DNA from: Paraspadella gotoi | Taxonomy: Eukaryota > Animalia > Chaetognatha | Length of the DNA: 64,000 nt | Direction: 5' to 3' | Assembly: GCA_051294375.1 (NCBI GenBank) | Contig: CM119267.1 | Coordinates: 5,941,992-6,005,991 of the forward strand | Shown: in pieces, positions 13,823 through 25,199 of the stretch | Layout: every line of letters begins with the position of its first letter | Numbering within the stretch: the stretch's first letter is position 1 | Position numbers and translations under genes: made by a program | Notes under the pieces: model-generated | The model's input: only the letters and a program-made list of their open reading frames with translations | The model's database searches: none | What the model was told of the DNA's origin: nothing

Positions 13823-14672
13823 CGTCAAAGATTTAGAGAAGATTTTTTTATGCGGTTTTATTCTGAATATTCATAAAAAAAAAGGAAACTTAGAAAATGG
13901 AATTGAATTTAAAAAAGGTGATATTTTAAATCAACATTAACTTTACACGGAATTATTCTTTACAGAAGCAACGTAAAAATTCGGTATTTTTTGGCTTGTT
14001 TTCAATCAGTGATAACAACATTCATACAGACGAGGTCGAGAATAACGATAAAGACGTTGTCGATTGTCGAGCCAAGATTTGAGAACGAGGTTGGAAACCC
14101 TGACAGCTCCATCTACGAATTCACAAGTTTTTAAAAAAAAATTAACAGAAGGCGTCGAAATGTGAAACCAAAAGCGTCAACGATAAACATTTTGTTTTGA
14201 GAGATTGTGAACTCTAAAAAAAGTAGGAAATTTTCCATTTTTTTCATTGTCGTCCATTCGTCTTTATTAGGATGAGTGACAATCCAAAAGCAAACCAGAC
14301 TTTTGAACGATCGTTATAGCTAGAATCTGTTTTATATTTTTCATTTACTTAGTAACTTAACTAATAAATTAAAAAACGAAATTTTGATGTTTGATTTTTT
14401 ATTGATTATTAATAAAGAATTTTAAAAACACAAGAAATTGAAAGCTATATATATCCTGACTTGGGTTTATTAAGTTTACAATCTAATTTATGTGGATACA
14501 ATGAGTGAAAGAAGGAAATTCCCTTAAGTGATTAAATTAAAACATGCGGGCATTAGACAACAATTACATGATTATTGATCATCTAATTAGACAAATTTCC
14601 GCGAGAGAGAGCTGTTATACGTTTTAATCATTATTCAATCAAATTTAAAATTTCACATAATTCTCGCGTCTT

Positions 14673-17600
14673 CTAATCGAAAGAAATCAATTGTGCTGCT
14701 GAATCTTGTGACCCAGCTTGCGGAGCAGGTGCGGCGGGCTGAGGTCCCGGCTGTGTCCCCGGAGGAGGCCCCTGCGGTGGCCCCTGTGGGTATTGACCCA
14801 TTTGAGGCGGCATGAACCCCGGAGCGTTACTTCCCGGGCCACCAGTCACCGGTTGTACCGGTGGGGTCGCGATATTCTGACCAGGAGCAGCTGGGGCCGG
14901 CGCGTATTGCCCAGGCAAAGCGTTGTACATCTGACCCATGTTGTAGGCGGGAGCGGCTTGCGGGTCGGCACCCGGAGCAGCGCCGGGGTTGGTTGGAGGT
15001 GCAACGAAAGGTCCCGCTGTAAGATAAAATCATTTTTTCTTCTTTACCAAAAAAAAAACAAACATACAAACGCAGAAACAAAACAACGAACCGTTAGTGA
15101 CGGGAGCTCCATAAGGAGGCGCAAAGGCGGAGTTGGGATCATGACTATAGGCAGGAGGGGCTCCGGCCGTCGCATAGTAAGGCCCGGGTTGACCTGCCAT
15201 ATACGGAGCCTGCGCCGGAGGCGGGGGTGCTCCGTATGAAGCAGGCGGCGGCGCATAATTGGCCGGCGGCTGAGGCTGAAAGCTGCCCTGCTGCGGAGGT
15301 CGGTGTGCGGGCGACCCCTCTGGGCTAAATGCATTGGCCGGGGAACTTTGCCCCTGCATCGGATGAGGATACTGCGGAGGGGGCGGGTACATCTGACCCG
15401 GGATAGGTCCTGCACCCCCGGGCCCGTACATCATCCCCATCTGCTGGCCCCACTGCTGCTGTTGCTGCTGCTGCTGTTGTTGCATAAACTGTTGCTTCAT
15501 CATTTGCTGTTTCATCATCTCCTGCTCCTGTTGCTGCAGTCTTTGCAGCGCCATTTGACGTTGGTACTCTAGAAGCTCCTGTTTCTTTTGGCGCAGAACC
15601 TCCAGCTTTTGCGCCATCGCAATCTGACGCTGGCGTTCTACTTCAGCCGCTTCGCGTCGACGCCTCTCCGCTTCTTCCTCGCGAAGGGCGTTGAGCGCCT
15701 CGCGGGCGTCTTTCAATTGGGCCAACTTGTCCTAAAAATCAAAGTTAAAGAACTTCTCTTAAAAATGATGCCACTATTGGGAAAAATAACTGAAAAAAAA
15801 AAAGAATTTCATGGCCAACTCTTCTCCTTTCGGCTAATCACCTGGAGCATCTCATAATGCGCTCTAGACTCCTCCTGCTCCTGAATGTACTGCAGGAGCT
15901 GGGGATGCATCTGACTCAAAGAAAGAAAAAGAGTCTGAACGGCCGAGTCGTTAGAGATGGGACGGCCCCTGGCAGAGTTGGACGTCATCCGGTTGACGAA
16001 GATCTCGACGCTGCTGCGAAGAGCCTCCAAGAACTTATCCTTGTCTCCGTGGGATGCGGCGGATGTGTCACCGTTTTGAAATTTTTCCGAGATAACCTGG
16101 GAAGATGAAATTATTTAGATAAGGGCAGGTTATAGTTCATTACTCAACTTGAAATTAGACGTAATTAGTAATTAATTTATTTACTTCATTTGCAGTTTAT
16201 AACAATTAAAACTAATTTGCAAAAGAGATTTCAAAAGGTTAGCGTTGATGACACTTCTTTTTCTGACTAATGTTTACAATATATAATTGACAAATCATAA
16301 TGTAATTAAACATATAAAAGAGTTATCAATAAATTTGCTTTACTTCTCTATAAAAATATTTTTGAATTACAGCCGAATAGGGTATTTTAATAATAAATTC
16401 TGAAAACAATCATTTTTTTTAAAATAATCTCAATCAAAGAATAATTTTATGACAAAAAAAAAATGGTCATAAGGAAAAAAATTGGAAGTGAAAAAGGTTT
16501 GAAAGTAACTTTGGGTAAGTTATCACTGCTTTTTTCTTACTTTTAAAATATTATTTCTTCATATAGTCTCCCTACCTATTTTAATTTGATTTGGGTTGAA
16601 AATGGTTGAGACTTATCCCTACATATATTTGATACTGAATATGTTCAGCTAATTTCATATTATAAATATTTTATAATTATATAAAAAATTATAAAATATA
16701 AAATATAAAAGTAAGACTATTTTTGACTAAAATTTGTTCTGATGAGGGGTAACAGTCCAAAGTTGATTGGTACAAAAAAATCTGACAAGAACGGTAGACG
16801 TCCTATAACTCTAACATTTCGAACGCTTTGCACGATTTTAATAGGACTAAGACCAGGCGCGTCATCTTTCAATAAGCTTTGTTTTATATTTCTATATCTT
16901 TGTGAAATATTACCATCCAATATAGTTTTTTTGGTGTAAAAAAAAAAAAAAGGATACTTTTTTTGCGCCGCAGTGTACGTAATGTTAATCCAGGAAGAAT
17001 AAAAGTCGAATCCCTCACCGACGAGAGATCCGTTCCATTGGCGGTCGAAGCGGGCCCCGCTTTGGCGGGAGCGGCGGCTGGCGCCCCTGACGTCTTGCTC
17101 TCCCAATAGGAGCGGTTTAAATATTTGGCCAGTTCCGGGTCCATTCCGTCGATGCCGTCGGAACTGAGGGAGACGGAGGGCGAAGGAGCCGACGGCGGAA
17201 GCGACGAGGCTTGAAAAAAAAAAAAGGTAATAGTAATAATACTGTCCAATTTACTATTGTTAATAACTATTAAGTCTCTAATAAGTACCGGCAGCGGTGG
17301 TGATCGGCGCCGTAGCGGCAGGATTCTTCCTCTCGCTCTTTTCGTGTTCCTTCTTGGAGATGGCGAGGGCGAGCTCAAGATCCGCGTCGTCCGACGTCTT
17401 CTTTTTGTTCTGCTTCTCGTTCTCGGCTTCGCTCTGAGAAATCGCCAGCGCCAGTTGCAGCTCCTCTTCCTCTTTGATCTCCTCCTCGGACTTGGTCGCC
17501 GGTTTCTGCTGCTGTTTGGAGAGAGGGCTCGCCAGGTATTCCGCGGGTAAGTCGCCGCCTGACCGCCAGTTTTAAAAGGTAAGGGAGGACAATGGAAGAA

Positions 17601-20600
17601 AAAAAAAACTGTTTATTTCGCTTGGGACTAAGGAACGAAGCGGACTGTAAACAAAGAAGACGTACAGTCAGGAAAAACTCGGTCATCGGATAAGTCATGC
17701 ACAGTTTAATTGATAGAGAAAAGACGAGAGAGGGAGGAGATCTTTCAACTTTGGAGAAGAGGAAACAAAAGGCGTCGTCAAGAATGTTGACCGTTAAAAT
17801 AGAAAGGATACGAGTATATTTTCATTATGGAGAAATACAGTGCATAACAGAAGCAATAAATGGCTATAAATTGACCAATGACCATATAAAGTAAACCATA
17901 AAAACATAGTTTTTATCTTTGAACGCAACCGGCTTCTCTCTCAAACATTTAAAATTAAAGGTAAAGAAAAATATGAATCGAGAGAAAAGGGGAGACCAAC
18001 CTTCCTTCGCCCCGGACTTGGAGGGTTTGGTGACTTTGTCGAAGCAGACGTCGCAGACGCGGACTTCGCGTTCGATCCCGTAGCGAGGAAGGGCGCAGGT
18101 CTTCGACGAGCATTTCCCGCAAAAGATCTGACCGCAGTTTCTGTCGGAGCGGATTGCGGAGGTTTAGGCTAACGGAATTCTCCGTTTATTAAAGCAACAC
18201 GCTATGAAGCTAAATTAATATTTTTTTTTCAAAAAAGAAAACATACACTGTATAATACAGTCCTGTGCAAAAAAAAAGAGGACACCCAAAACAATTATGA
18301 AAATAAATCAAGTTTAATTCTTTTAAAATGAAAAATACTATAAATAAATAATATTTATAGAAAAAAAAACTATTAGTATAAATTTGGTTAATCCATAACT
18401 ATTCCTTACGAAGCAGTTGTTTTTTAAAAGTAATTATTCAGTTACAAATTACAAATATAAAATACTCAAACAGAATGTTAAAACAAAAAAAAATTTAATA
18501 TTTTAAACTTTTTGTATTTAAAAAGCTGTAGCTCTGGAATGACTGGACTGATTTTTTTAAAGTTATACATATGATATATAATATATATAATATTGTGGCG
18601 GTATATCCACACCGCCTCACGTCCACCATCCTTCAGCCAAATCCATTGGCTCAGAGGGGGAACACACCATCCCAGGCGTAGTGTTCCATCCACAGTCCTA
18701 ACGACTTCCCTCTGCGTTGGCAAAGCGAGACCGTCTAGGGTAACCGCGCCAGTGACTGGAGTCGTCACTGAGGGTCGGAAAGCCCCCAAAGCCAACAGTG
18801 AGATGCCCCATCCCAATGGGCATCACAGGCAACCCGGCTGTTGCCATAAGTGGTGAGCCCTACTATCGAACACGCAACCTTCTCAGGGTACGCTACGACA
18901 AACGCCTATGCCCTGCCGACTTCGGGTACGCTACGACAAACGCCTATGCCCCTGGGGTACGCTACGAACAAACGCCTATGCCCCCACAACTCGCGCTCTC
19001 TCTCTCTCTCTCTCTCTCTCCCACTATGGTAACAGTCTTGTCAGACACCTCTCAGGCTTGAGGAACCTGAGTGATGTCTTGGCCCGGGGATCCTGTGGCG
19101 GTATATCCACACCGCCTCACGTCCACCATCCTTCAGCCAAATCCATTGGCTCAGAGGGGGAACACACCATCCAGGCGTAGTGTTCCATCCACAGTCCTAA
19201 CGACTTCCCTCTGCGTTGGCAAAGCGAGACCGTCCTAGGGTAACCGCGCCAGTGACTGGAGTCGTCACTGAGGGTCGGAAGCCCCCAAAGCCAACAGTGA
19301 GATGCCCCATCCAATGGGCATCACAGGCAACCGGCTGTTGCCATAATATATAATTATATATAATACTAAAAAAATCAAATTAAAAAAAAATCATTTATAA
19401 ACAGAAAGAAAAAGAAAGAAAAATAAATATAAAAAAAAAATAGAAAGGAAAGAAAGAATAGAAAACAAAGAAAGGAGAGAGAGAAGAAGACATAAAAATA
19501 ATGGAGGAAATTTGTTTATTTTGATAAAACAAACAAAACATTTATTAACTATCCTCACCCAATTTCAAGGACTTCAATGATGAGAAGCTGTATATAAATT
19601 TTCAGCTTTATACACCCAAATTTAATCATCAAAAAGGCGATCGATAAGTTGGAACGCCGACGACGACTACGCCACTTATGCGCAAAAGCGTTTGCGACGA
19701 TAAAAACATATATAATGCTTATAAATTAAGGTTAAAAAGTATTTTCGGTTTTTGAAACGACTCAAATGACGAATTTTTTTTAACCACTTGTCTTTCATTT
19801 AATTTACACATATGGATTTTTAATTTTAAAATCAAAATTTATCATTCATATTTTTTTATAATGTGCATAAAACGATCGCGACTTAATGTTTGAAGAGTGT
19901 CCTTTTTTTGAACAGGACTGTAGTTACTGTGGCACGAAGTTGTTATGATGCTGGCAATGACTACGACGAGGGAATTTCCAAACCTGCAATGGTGCTTCCT
20001 CACGACCATGGAGAACTGGACTCTGCAACGGTGGCATACTTCCCCGTCCTTCCACTCCGGAGCGGATTCGGCAACGAACATGGCGTCCGCTTCTTTGAGA
20101 ACTGGAAAACTGTGGCCTTCGTGCTTCATCAGGTGGTATGTGTCCACGATTGCCTAATTAAAACGAGTTTGACGAGTTTTCTTTCAACCGCGGTTTTCTT
20201 CAGACTTTTTGTTGCTTTCTCCACCAGAGATCTCCACCAGCTTAACACCAATAGTTAATAAACTCTCACATTTAGGCTTACTTTGAAGGCGGGTTCCCCT
20301 CTGAAGGCATGGCTCCAAGTCTGAATCAACTCCAGAACTTTAAGTTTGACAGGATCTTTAGAAGTCTTGGCGGTTTCCTGAGCAAAATTTTGTTTTAGAG
20401 TAATTGAGTATGCCCATTGCCCATCGATCATTATAAGGGAATCAATCTCTATAAATAATTCTCTTTAATTCTATTTTTATAATAATCTAACCGTACCGTT
20501 CAGAGCATCGTACACTCGCTTATAACAGGTTAGACAAACTCGAGGTCAAACTGCGTTTAAATCCATTTTAAATTTTATTCAGCCTGTCTGAGCAAAAATT

Positions 20601-21032
20601 CATTCATATAATTCCTCCATAAGATTGTCCCACGTTATACAGAAACTTTAGCTAAAATACAGGCCAGGTCGAGCTCATCGGATTTCTTCAATGGGCCAAA
20701 TAGAAGTAGTTCATTTTCCTCGCCATCCCCTCGCCCTACACACCTACAATCACCTGCAAGAAGTCCATAAAGGATCGAGTGGCAATTTGAGCGTGAACCG
20801 GCGCCCCGCAGTTCTTTACGACGGCCTCGATGAGCGTCAATGCCAGCATCTGGATGTTGGGATTGTCGTGCGTGGCCTTTTTTTGCATGACGCCGATGGC
20901 GTATTTGGGCGTGACATCGCTCTGGCGGATCGAGTCGCAGATCTGCAAGATGGCGTCCCAGTCGGGCTCCAACAACAGCTGCGACGTCGACTTTTCCAAT
21001 AGTCGGTCGAAATTCGAAGAGGGCTTAAACAT
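14673..21032 (-). CDS. HGS: Hepatocyte growth factor-regulated tyrosine kinase substrate (Hrs, ESCRT-0); about 9 exons
   Basis: VHS (FDRLLEKSTSQLLLEPDW), FYVE (WKDGEVCHRC..RKHHCR|NCGQIFC..VRVCDVC), UIM (EEEELQLALAISQSEAE), PSAP motif, DPELAKYLNRSYWE, coiled coil, Q/P-rich tail ending in the clathrin box LISFD. Confidence 0.95.
18258..19920. mobile_element. Non-autonomous Tc1/mariner-type TIR element (MITE-like) in the HGS FYVE intron
   Basis: Left end TA|CAGTCCTGTGCAAAAAAAAAGAGGACAC and right end GTGTCCTTTTTTTGAACAGGACTG|TA form imperfect TIRs with flanking TA. No transposase ORF. Confidence 0.7.
18594..19345 (+). mobile_element. Terminal-repeat retrotransposon in miniature (TRIM; non-autonomous LTR element)
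   Basis: Near-identical ~253-bp direct repeats at 18594-18848 and 19094-19345 (TGTGGC...GCCATA). ATAT target-site duplication on both sides. PBS-like TGGTGAGCCC begins 2 nt after the first repeat. The ~245-bp internal region shows no recognisable gag/pol. Confidence 0.85.
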
Positions 21033-21307
21033 AGCGTCGATCGATGAAAGTGTGTCCGTGTCGATCGATGAAAGGGCAGTGTTATATTGCTATGACAAAA
21101 TATTTTAGACGTTTAAAGAGAGAAAACTTTAATCTGTTGAAAAAAAAACCGCACACGTTAAAAAATTAGTCTAAAAAACGGCGACGAACAAAATATGAAT
21201 AAATTAAAAATGAAACTGTATCGGCATCGAAGACAAAGTTTCGGCGAAACAATGATTAATCGTCATTAGAATGATTGGACATTAGAAAGATCAAGAAAAA
21301 TTTGACG
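21033..21307. promoter_or_regulatory. Probable bidirectional promoter/5' region between divergent HGS and TMEM86
   Basis: Head-to-head ATGs about 275 bp apart. Duplicated GTCGATCGATGAAAG at 21036-21050 and 21060-21074. Confidence 0.45.
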
Positions 21308-22763
21308 ATGCAGGATGATTACTTGAAAAAGTCTCGCAAGTTGTTCTGGACCTACGGTCCGCAAATTCAGCCGTTCTGGAAAACGTTCCTCCTGTATTTC
21401 ATTTTGTACTGGTCGGACGAAGACTGCACATCAAGTTTGAGCCCAGTTGGGAGTTTTTTTTCCTTACAAAAGAAAATCTAATTCTGATGCGACGTAATAC
21501 CTTGACGCAGGCTGGTCGTTCGCGATAACGAAGATAGCTCCTATCATGGCTTTGATATTTTTCGTTTTATTGCATGGAGCATCGTTAAAACCAAACGACG
21601 TTTATGGGTCAAGTTACTCACGTTTCGTTCTTCTAGGCCTCTGCTTTTCTTCAATCGGGGACATATGCCTTGTAAATATTTTTTTAATGAAATCATGACA
21701 GCTTTTTTAACTAAATTGATTGATTTAAAGGTTTGGAAGGAAAAGTATTTTATCTTAGGAATATTGTACTTTGCATTGGCCCATATATGCTACGTGTATG
21801 CGTTCGGATTTGATAGGCTTAATTGGTGGTTGGGAATAGCCCTCAGCATATATGCCGTAGTATTCTGGAAATTTGTGACAGCCAAAGTAAAGGTAAGGCA
21901 ACGTATTAAAATAAGATACACGACTTTATGAAAATGAGTGTTTTTTTTTTAGTTTTTAATAACGTTTAAAATATTTCAAGGGCCCACTCGAAAAAGCTGT
22001 GGGATTTTACTGCTGTATCATCGCCATGATGCTTTGGAGAGCAATTTCGCGATTAGAAGACATGATCGATTTAACAACGTCATGGACCAGACTATGTTCT
22101 TGCATTGGTGAGAAAAAAATATTTTGAAACCTTGTGCGAAAACAGAAAAATCTCAAAAACTAATTATTTAATATTACAGGAGCGATACTTTTTGCCGTTT
22201 CGGATAGCTTCATTTCAATTAATCGTTTTGTGTCACCGTTACCGTGGTCAAACCAGCTCATTATGGTAGAAACCTTAATCTGCTTACTAAAGTGAATAAT
22301 TTACTTTAATGCCACTAGACTGTTCTTTTCAGTAGTCGACCTACTACTTGGCGCAGTTCGGAATTGCTTTGTCCGTCGTTGACAGTCAAAACAAGGAAAG
22401 AGGAATGAATCTAAAACAGCTGCTGCGCGATAGTGCAGGAATGTACACGGTATATATTTCAACCTATAAGTAAACTTATCAAACCGTTTTGGGACCTTAT
22501 CTTATTGCACTGACAGGGGTTATTATTGTATTCTAGTACGTACAACCAGAAGTAACAAAAAAGACGCAAAAAACGCAAGAAACGCAAGAAAGGCAAGAAA
22601 CACTAGAAACGCAGGAAACTCAAGAAATCCTTCCAAAGCCCAAGAAACCTGTCAAAAAAGTTCGAGAAGTTAATATCACCTCAACCCCGTGCGTAAATGA
22701 CAGACATTCGATAAATTTTAATTCAAATTGTAAAATAAACTTTGTTATTACTATTTTTCTGTA
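21308..22763 (+). CDS. TMEM86A: Lysoplasmalogenase-like protein (TMEM86/YhhN family); about 7 exons, 3' end approximate
   Basis: Spliced reading gives ITKIAPIMAL, LGLCFSSIGDICL|VW, GILYFALAHICYVYAFG, GAILFAVSDSFI, STYYLAQFGIALSVVDS, which are YhhN motifs. TMEM86A vs TMEM86B orthology is not resolved. Confidence 0.8.
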
Positions 22764-23342
22764 AAGGATATCGTATGCGTCTACCGAAAAAAGCACAATC
22801 ACGATTTGTACGAGCTACAGCAAAAGAAAATTTGTATAGTTTGTTAGACGCGACACTACCAAGATTCGTAGCGATAAATCGTAATTTTATTACTCATTAC
22901 TTATATTATTGTTTAAAGTAAATAAATCGTAACCGGCCGAATATTGTTCATGTTTTTCAAAATAACTATCATTCTTCATTTGATGGGAAAATCAAAGTCA
23001 ATTTCTTTCTATTGAGTCACGGAAAACTAGTTATCGGATCACAACTTTATTAGGTCACAAAAATATCAGAGCGAACAGGCAAGAGCAATCATGAAAGGGA
23101 AGAGAAGAAGGTAAGACTTAAAATAAAGGAAAGTAGTTTTGGCCATAAAAACTTTTTAGGTCATTCAGTGACCAATTTTAATCCTAATTTCTTTGCGGCG
23201 ATTCAAATTCGCAAAAATCGTCCACGGCAACCAATTCGGAAGAAACTTTCCAATCTGGGAAAAAAGTACTAAGGAATCCTAGAACTCCACACGTTTTATT
23301 TCATTTCCTCCCAAAAAATCTTACACCAAATCATCGTTATCT

Positions 23343-24899
23343 ATGGCGACAATTCGTGAGCGTCGCCGCCTATTTCAAGTCGAGAACTACAGACTTTATT
23401 CTCCCCCAATCTCCCCGACTATGGAGCGATCTAACGCCATGAATGATTTGATCGATTTGGCCGCGCGGGTCAGTCTGTCCGACTCTCCGGGAATTTCGTC
23501 GCAGCGAGGCGTGTCATCGCCAGCGACGCCTTTGTCTCCAACACCGGCTCTCGAATCACGGACACCGCGACGCCGACTCCTAATGGAATCGACGGAAACG
23601 ACACCGGTACTTTCTCCATCCACCTTACCAGCGGGTCCAAGCCAGTTCCCAGATTTTCATCGCGCCCTCGCCTCCAAGTTGCTCGGGTCAACGCCGCCAC
23701 TAAATCCGCTTCGAGAAGGGGAAGAGACGAAGGTTGCCATGGAAACTCGTTTTGTTTTTCCCCGATCGTCGTCGTTAAATGCGGACAAAAGTCAGACGGA
23801 GGGAGACCTGACGGTGCCCGTTAGTCCCATTTACGGGGACGTCACGTCAACAGTGTCGCACCAGAGACATCCAGCAACATCATTCACTCTTCTTAACTCC
23901 GCGTGCGAAGAATCTTTGACACTTGGTTGCCGAGACAGCGGACTCGGAAGTCCAAATGACAGCTCCATTTGCCGACGACGTAAGGAGCGTCAAAAAACAT
24001 CCTCAGAAACAATTTCGGCGCCCCTGATTTCCCAAAAAATCATCCGATGCGAAGAAAATTCCAACGACAGTTTGTTAGACATGGAGGACTTTGAAAAATC
24101 TCACCCCGCAGTCCCGGCCCCTTCGTCGATTGCGTCGCTGATACGCGCACCTTTGCTTTACGACGCTGAGGGAGCCCACCAGCGAAAAAGACCACAACAA
24201 AAACGATCTTTGGCTCCCGGCAAGGACACGGTTGGAAGCCCCAAGTTAAAGCGCCGAAAAAGCGGAGTCTTCGTCGTCTTTCCTTCGTCCGGCGAATCGG
24301 ATTGTGCCGAATCCAACGATCTCCAGTTACCCGACGGGTCAGGACTCGAATACGCGCTGCCCGTCGTTGCCGGGCGACACCCCGATCTCAAATCCATCTC
24401 CGGCCACACCCTCTCGGATCTTCTCGACGGATTCTACGACGACGACGTATCTTCATTTCGAGTTATCGACTCACGGTATCCTTACGAGCACGAGGGCGGA
24501 CACATCCGCGACGCCGCCAACGCCTACACAGAACGCGAAGTCGCCGCCATGCTGGAGGAGACCGGTGATGAAACGGACGGACGAAGAATACTGGTTTTTC
24601 ACTGTGAATTCTCGGCAGAACGCGGGCCGCGCTTGATGCGATTTCTACGTAAGGTCGACAGAGCCGCCAACGTTGACTCCTATCCGCGCCTCAAATATCC
24701 TGAGCTTTATTTACTCGAAGGAGGATACAAAGAGTTTTTCGAAGGATATCGCCGTCACTGTCGGCCTCAGAGTTACGTTCGGATGACGGATGAAAATCAC
24801 GCAGAGGAAATGCGATTCTTTCGACGAAAGTCCAAGTCGGAAAACGCAGTTTTGGGTTCGATCACGAATCGAACCGGGTCGAAGAGATTCAAGTTGTAA
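23343..24899 (+). CDS. CDC25: M-phase inducer phosphatase Cdc25/string; intronless CDS
   Basis: HPDLKSIS, IDSRYPYEHEGGHI, catalytic VFHCEFSAERGPR, YPRLKYPELYLLEGGYKEFF, and an N-terminal DSG motif (RDSGLGS). Confidence 0.93.
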   Translation: MATIRERRRLFQVENYRLYSPPISPTMERSNAMNDLIDLAARVSLSDSPGISSQRGVSSPATPLSPTPALESRTPRRRLLMESTETTPVLSPSTLPAGPSQFPDFHRALASKLLGSTPPLNPLREGEETKVAMETRFVFPRSSSLNADKSQTEGDLTVPVSPIYGDVTSTVSHQRHPATSFTLLNSACEESLTLGCRDSGLGSPNDSSICRRRKERQKTSSETISAPLISQKIIRCEENSNDSLLDMEDFEKSHPAVPAPSSIASLIRAPLLYDAEGAHQRKRPQQKRSLAPGKDTVGSPKLKRRKSGVFVVFPSSGESDCAESNDLQLPDGSGLEYALPVVAGRHPDLKSISGHTLSDLLDGFYDDDVSSFRVIDSRYPYEHEGGHIRDAANAYTEREVAAMLEETGDETDGRRILVFHCEFSAERGPRLMRFLRKVDRAANVDSYPRLKYPELYLLEGGYKEFFEGYRRHCRPQSYVRMTDENHAEEMRFFRRKSKSENAVLGSITNRTGSKRFKL

Positions 24900-25199
24900 A
24901 ATCACTTTGTCGGAAAGGTTTTATAAACTTAATTTTAAATATTTGACTTAAGCATCTTTAACATGCTTCAAAAGTTATCCTTTCTAATCCCTGATTTGTA
25001 CCGGAGATTGTATATTTCAAATGACAAATAAAATCTTTATTTTAAAAATCGGTAATGTCAAAAATAAATCACAACTCATTCATTAATCACAGATTAGATT
25101 CAAACCATTTTTTATCACAAGTTAGATTTAAATCATTTTTAATCACCGGACAAATTCCAAGTAAAAACGAACTGTAAAATATAAGTAATAAAAACAAAA

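Noticed and set aside
18886-18984. CRISPR-like array of three ~29-nt repeats
   Set aside because: Linkers are only about 2-10 nt, there are no cas genes, and the repeats sit inside an LTR element in a eukaryotic intron.
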